Origin: Paragordius varius
Taxonomy: Eukaryota; Animalia; Nematomorpha
Reading direction: 5' to 3'
Assembly (NCBI GenBank): GCA_964247055.1
Contig: OZ176053.1
Coordinates: 11,718,001 to 11,782,000, forward strand
DNA: 64,000 nucleotides
The translations under genes and the position numbers were made by a program. The notes under the pieces are model-generated. The model had not been told where the DNA came from. It was given only the letters and a program-made list of their open reading frames with translations, and made no database searches. This document shows, in pieces, positions 60,901 to 64,000 of this stretch; the first letter of the stretch is position 1; every line of letters starts with the position of its first letter.

Positions 60901-63608
60901 GTTATGACACCGATGTTGATTTACCTCCACGATTTATCACAGATATTTCGGATCTCCATGCCAACGAATGGGATAAGATTAGGTTTGAAGCTAGGCTAGA
61001 GCCTGCGAATGATAAAACTATGCAAATCTTTTGGTACCATGATGGGAAAGTTATGAATGCTAGTATACTAATTATTACTTTATATTTCGGAGTTGATAAA
61101 AAGTGTTTTTTACATATATTTTAATTACTAAATACGGAAAGCGTTAACAATTAATATGATGATTAATTTATTATGATGCACAATTGATTTGCTGAATAAA
61201 ATATGTTTATCTTCAACTAGGTTCAAGAATCAAAACATTGTTTGATTATGGAGTTGTTATTTTGGAAATAACGGATATTACGACAAAAGACGCCGGTCTT
61301 TACGAATGCATTGCCACGAACAATTTCGGATCCGATTCGACCCGGGCCATCTTAACTGTTCGAGGTGACGATTATTAACAATCTACACCTTAAACTTCGC
61401 GACTACCAATATTACTCATATTATTTATTTCATATCTCTTACTGATTATTTCTATGAAATGCTTAATGTAAATCCCATGTTTTTTATGTTTATAAGCTCA
61501 TATTGTCATTTAAAGAGTGCAATCAATCATATAATCTCATGCTTTTGTAATTTTTAAGTATTGTAATGCTTTTAATAAATGAATAATTTTTTACTTTAAT
61601 TTAACCATAAGTTATTTTTCTTTTGTTTAAGGGGCTAAGGCGACTTCGAACCTAATTTGTTTAAGCGAATTTAACCTTGATCAAATTGAATTGATAATGA
61701 TTATTTTGAGTTTGTTGTTAATATATCGATTAAACCTCATTTAATAATAATTATAAATTGTTGCTTGTTTTTGCTCTTCGTATAGAGGATGATGAACGTA
61801 TCGTGCAGGAGACTGGTCTATCATCTCAACGCTCATCTGTCGCCAGAGTCAAAGATATTGAGGAAACGGTTGAAAGAACTATTGTAGAGCTTTATCCACC
61901 ACCGGTTCAAGCGTTACCACCACCCCCAAAACCTTTCATACCCACTCAACAAACTAATGAAAGAACTACAACAGACGAAACGATAACTACGGAAAATAAA
62001 ACCACCATAATTACTAAAGAAGAAGAGGAACGCATATCATATTCGAAAAGACCGCTATTTATCACTGAACTCAAGGATGTCCATGCCAAGATTCATAGCA
62101 CTGTACGGTTGGAGGCTAAGGTAAAATATATCGCTTTAAATGATTTATCTAATCATTAGATTATCAAATTTTTTTATTATAAACATACATAATGATCTAC
62201 CCATAATTTAGATCTGTTTTAAATGTTTATTATAATATGATTTTGAAAGATTGAACCAACACAAATCGAAGACAATACAATACAGGTAGGCTGGTATAAA
62301 GATGGAAAACTCATTATAACAGATGAGACCAGAACTACGGATCGTTTTAGGACATTTGTTGATTCTCAAACTAAATCAACCATATTGGATATCTCTGATG
62401 CACAAACAAGTGATTCTGGCGAATATGTATGTGTTATTCGAAACTCAAATGGCCAGGCACTTAGCAAATGTCGAATTGTTTGTGAAGGTACTTGATAATG
62501 GTTAAAAATTATAATCTTCCGCTTTGGATCATTAATGGCATAATTTGATATTTAAAACTTTAAGGCCAAGGAGCTATTAAAAATATTGAAATTTCGGCTT
62601 TTTAATTTTTATTAGCCCTAATCATCCATACAGTAAATTCAAACAAATCAATATCATTGTCGGGTCTTTGTATAATTTAAAATAAATTATTATAACTTAA
62701 TTATATGTTTTGTCTTTAGACTTTGGCCAACCACCACACTTTGTGAATCGTTACATGAGGTTAGATAATTTGAATGAAGGCGATACCGCGCATGTAGAGT
62801 TTAAGTTGGAGCCAGCCAGTGATCAATCTATGAACATTGAGTGGTTTTTTAACGGACAACCACTAAGAAATGGTAAATGTCTTCAATCGAATCGAAATAT
62901 ATATATTTTAATTTACTCCTTATATATTTTTATAATAATAATATCTTACGCATTTCTAAAATTCCTATATTATTACACTAAATTTGGAACCCAGTAAAGG
63001 GTTGCAATCACACTTTGAAGTGTTTATAGAAAACCACAAATATAACATTATCTTTATTACATAGGATATCGTACGAAAACTACTCATGAGTTTGGCTATA
63101 CGATACTAGATATTTCATCGATACAATCCGAAGATTCTGGAGTCTATGAGTGTAGAGCTACCAATAATTATGGATCAAAAACGGCCGTTGCTGTTATCGA
63201 ATGTCTTAGTAAATATTTATTTTTAATATTTTTATAAACTTAATCATCAAAAAGATACTCAGACACTGCATAATTGCCATCAATGTTTTTGGGGAAAAAT
63301 TTGTAGAACTTTTTAATTTTCGTTCCTAAACATTCTAGAATAGTAATAATATATTTTTAATAATAATTGAAATTTAATTAATAAATATAATCTTATATTG
63401 TCTTAAAAAGGGGTTATTTGAATATTACCAATTTTTTCCCACGATTGCATATGGACGTTTCATGTAATATTGCTTAATTATAAATTGTATGCTAACTTAT
63501 TCTATTTAGAACCAAGAAGCTCTCACACCTCACCAACCAAAACCAATAATTTTGAGACTTACGTAAGGAAAGAAACTACCGAGGATACTGTTAGCAGTCT
63601 TCTTAAAG
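36657..63608 (+). CDS. Titin/kettin (sallimus)-like multi-Ig muscle protein, 3'-partial
   Basis: 21 AG/GT exons with 7 I-set Ig domains. The downstream domains show kettin-type motifs (LECRVEPRSDSDLRVDWFYN, DYGYSSLSI, DSGIYVARASNREG; FEARLEPANDKTMQIFWYHDG; FKLEPASDQSMNIEWFFNG, DSGVYECRATNNYG), separated by Thr/Pro/Glu/Val/Lys-rich linkers. Joining the 36.6-46.7 kb part to the 52.3 kb part rests on phase continuity only. Confidence 0.8.
37972..39099 (+). CDS. Ig-gene large exon (low complexity plus start of Ig1)
   Basis: 1128 nt open; VGETIILKC and VEWYKNN; phase 2-2. Confidence 0.85.
39370..39521 (+). CDS. Ig-gene exon (end of Ig1)
   Basis: TALIIMDCMKEDSGVYECRV; phase 2-1. Confidence 0.85.
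39795..39822 (+). CDS. Ig-gene 28-nt mini-exon (DVKPNMMEKR)
   Basis: tatgcag|ATG ... AAACG|gtaatt; supplies the phase 1-2 bridge required by its neighbours. Confidence 0.75.
41140..41366 (+). CDS. Ig-gene exon (start of Ig2)
   Basis: attcag|A ... GAAG|gtaaat; YEVEWCHN; phase 2-1. Confidence 0.8.
41497..41643 (+). CDS. Ig-gene exon (end of Ig2)
   Basis: IDSLTKQDAGIYTCKVTNEYGSA; phase 1-1. Confidence 0.9.
42052..42664 (-). CDS. Candidate two-exon nested antisense gene (42664-42524 and 42249-42052), 112 aa
   Basis: Donor GCA|gtaaat and acceptor cttcag|GGA are both phase 0 and join two adjacent ORFs; GC-richer than the surrounding intron; no family recognised. Confidence 0.4.
43150..44115 (-). 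mobile_element. Decayed Mos1-like mariner transposon
   Basis: 5' end TCAGGAGTAGTCACAAG; peptides LAETYG, LAEALHLSQ, LAPSDLY, TLTEQHCTNFKDVRKWLD; 3' boundary approximate. Confidence 0.85.
44760..45354 (+). CDS. Ig-gene low-complexity exon, acceptor ambiguous (44760 phase 0 or 44779 phase 1)
   Basis: About 195 open codons; donor TCGG|gtatat, phase 1, matches 46070; possibly a cassette exon. Confidence 0.6.
46070..46405 (+). CDS. Ig-gene exon (start of Ig3)
   Basis: IKPKFSKHF and YEWYRNGQ; phase 1-1. Confidence 0.85.
46529..46684 (+). CDS. Ig-gene exon (end of Ig3)
   Basis: GTYKCRVWNEFGED; tandem TAG-AAG acceptor; phase 1-1. Confidence 0.85.
48350..48738 (-). other. Two exon-like segments (48738-48685 and 48389-48350) encoding a possible SRCR-domain fragment
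   Basis: Phase-compatible AG/GT join gives GISNAYRHNIFGDAPIKNVRLSNIQCDTAST, resembling the SRCR A-x4-FG-x4-I-x-L-x2-V-x-C segment; the rest of a gene could not be assembled. Confidence 0.3.
50783..51352. mobile_element. piggyBac-type non-autonomous element, copy 2
   Basis: TTAA-CACTTCGATTCAAATT ... AATTTGAATCGAAG, spacer, ATCCAAGTG-TTAA; colinear with 29665-30244. Confidence 0.8.
52333..53245 (+). CDS. Ig-gene large Thr/Asn/Ser-rich exon
   Basis: caatttag|AT, 913 nt open (extends upstream of the ORF-track call), AAGAG|gtaaat; phase 1-2. Confidence 0.85.
55111..56198 (-). mobile_element. Decayed Mos1-like mariner transposon
   Basis: Peptides LETYGEHAP, VEALHVSH, GEKWL, KPDRLGK, HSPDLMASYYNLFASMG; terminus TA-CCAAAAAGAGTCATAAG at 55111; other boundary approximate. 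Confidence 0.85.
57130..57458. mobile_element. hAT-type MITE
   Basis: CAGGGGTGCCAAAC ... GTTGGACACCCCTG; 8-bp flanks atacaaac and atttaaac (6 of 8 match). Confidence 0.7.
58623..58711 (+). CDS. Ig-gene exon
   Basis: DRTNVAPQITSERIESSYRSSSKERPRRL; phase 2-1 bridges both neighbours. Confidence 0.8.
59341..59705 (+). CDS. Ig-gene exon (linker plus start of Ig4)
   Basis: Phase 1-0; ends KPYFKQHLK. Confidence 0.9.
59792..60047 (+). CDS. Ig-gene exon (Ig4, kettin-type I-set)
   Basis: DMSCVEGQAIQLECRVEP ... FSTASLYVA; phase 0-1. Confidence 0.95.
60159..60269 (+). CDS. Ig-gene exon, Thr-rich linker
   Basis: tttttag|CA ... CCTG|gtaaat; phase 1-1. Confidence 0.85.
60532..61062 (+). CDS. Ig-gene exon (PEVK-like repeats plus start of Ig5)
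   Basis: Three WR[ED][HK]YPP repeats, then PPRFITDISDL; phase 1-1. Confidence 0.9.
61221..61364 (+). CDS. Ig-gene exon (end of Ig5)
   Basis: RIKTLFDYGVVILEITDITTKDAGLYECIATNNFGSD; phase 1-1. Confidence 0.95.
61786..62120 (+). CDS. Ig-gene exon (linker plus start of Ig6)
   Basis: Ends PLFITELKDVHAKIHSTVRLEAK; phase 1-0. Confidence 0.9.
62250..62487 (+). CDS. Ig-gene exon (end of Ig6)
   Basis: VGWYKDGK and DSGEYVCVIRNSNGQA; phase 0-1. Confidence 0.95.
62720..62872 (+). CDS. Ig-gene exon (start of Ig7)
   Basis: PPHFV ... EGDTAHVEFKLEPASDQSMNIEWFFNGQPLRN; phase 1-1. Confidence 0.95.
63065..63208 (+). CDS. Ig-gene exon (end of Ig7)
   Basis: HEFGYTILDISSIQSEDSGVYECRATNNYGS; phase 1-1. Confidence 0.95.
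63510..63608 (+). CDS. Ig-gene exon, last one in the window
   Basis: ctatttag|AA ... AAAG|gtgtgc; phase 1-1; no stop, so the gene continues. Confidence 0.75.
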
Positions 63609-64000
63609 GTGTGCCAATATCAATGTTTTAATGATTCCTTAATGACTTATTGTATTTTAACCTAAACAATAGATTATTTACATGAATATAATATATATAA
63701 AAGCATGAATCTAGTGTGTGTGTTTTTGATGTGTTTTCATCCGTTCATATCGATGTCCTTATTTTGTTAGCGAAAAATAGCATTATAATTGCTTTATTTA
63801 TTAATGGATACATTTTGCAATTAAATTGGTTTCGATAGAAAACGCACTTTATTCATGCTTCATATATTTGTATTCTGTAAATAAATTTATTAAACGATCA
63901 CATCAATTTTTCGAATTTTTAAAGTTTTTTCACCTTTGTTTTTCAACTTCATATAACCATTTTAAATTCCTTAAAAAGATATAAAATTCCGAAAATTGGT

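Noticed and set aside
1-64000. CRISPR arrays, rRNA or tRNA genes, bacterial or viral operons, alternative genetic code
   Set aside because: No regularly spaced direct repeats or recognisable structural RNA; genes are spliceosomal; long exons are free of TAA, TAG and TGA and ORFs end at standard stops.

Overview
Very AT-rich (roughly three quarters A+T by eye) genomic DNA from an invertebrate animal, with GT-AG introns and the standard genetic code; the species cannot be determined from the sequence. Four genes are visible. (1) 671-8508 (+) is the 3' part of an orphan gene. Its Pro/Thr/Ser-rich stalk is encoded by symmetric phase-1 micro-exons (24, 18, 18, 24, 33 nt), four of which sit in duplicated intron-exon cassettes, followed by three normal exons for a Cys-containing domain of about 105 aa. 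It resembles a micro-exon gene (MEG) and is the most unusual thing in the window. (2) 12486-14423 (-) is a 645-codon uninterrupted orphan ORF, probably a secreted pro-protein. (3) 14915-31599 (-) is an Atrophin/RERE (Grunge/EGL-27) family co-repressor with ELM2, SANT and the atrophin SCxRxD motif; 16 coding exons were traced and at least one was not found. (4) 36657 to beyond 63608 (+) is a titin/kettin-like gene with 21 traced exons and 7 I-set Ig domains, running off the window. Introns and intergenic DNA hold four decayed Mos1-like mariners, several MITE families (TA, TTAA and 8-bp target-site duplication types), TA microsatellites, and exon-like segments antisense to the Ig gene. No rRNA, tRNA or CRISPR array was seen. 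All exon models were built by hand from splice signals and phase continuity and need RNA support.
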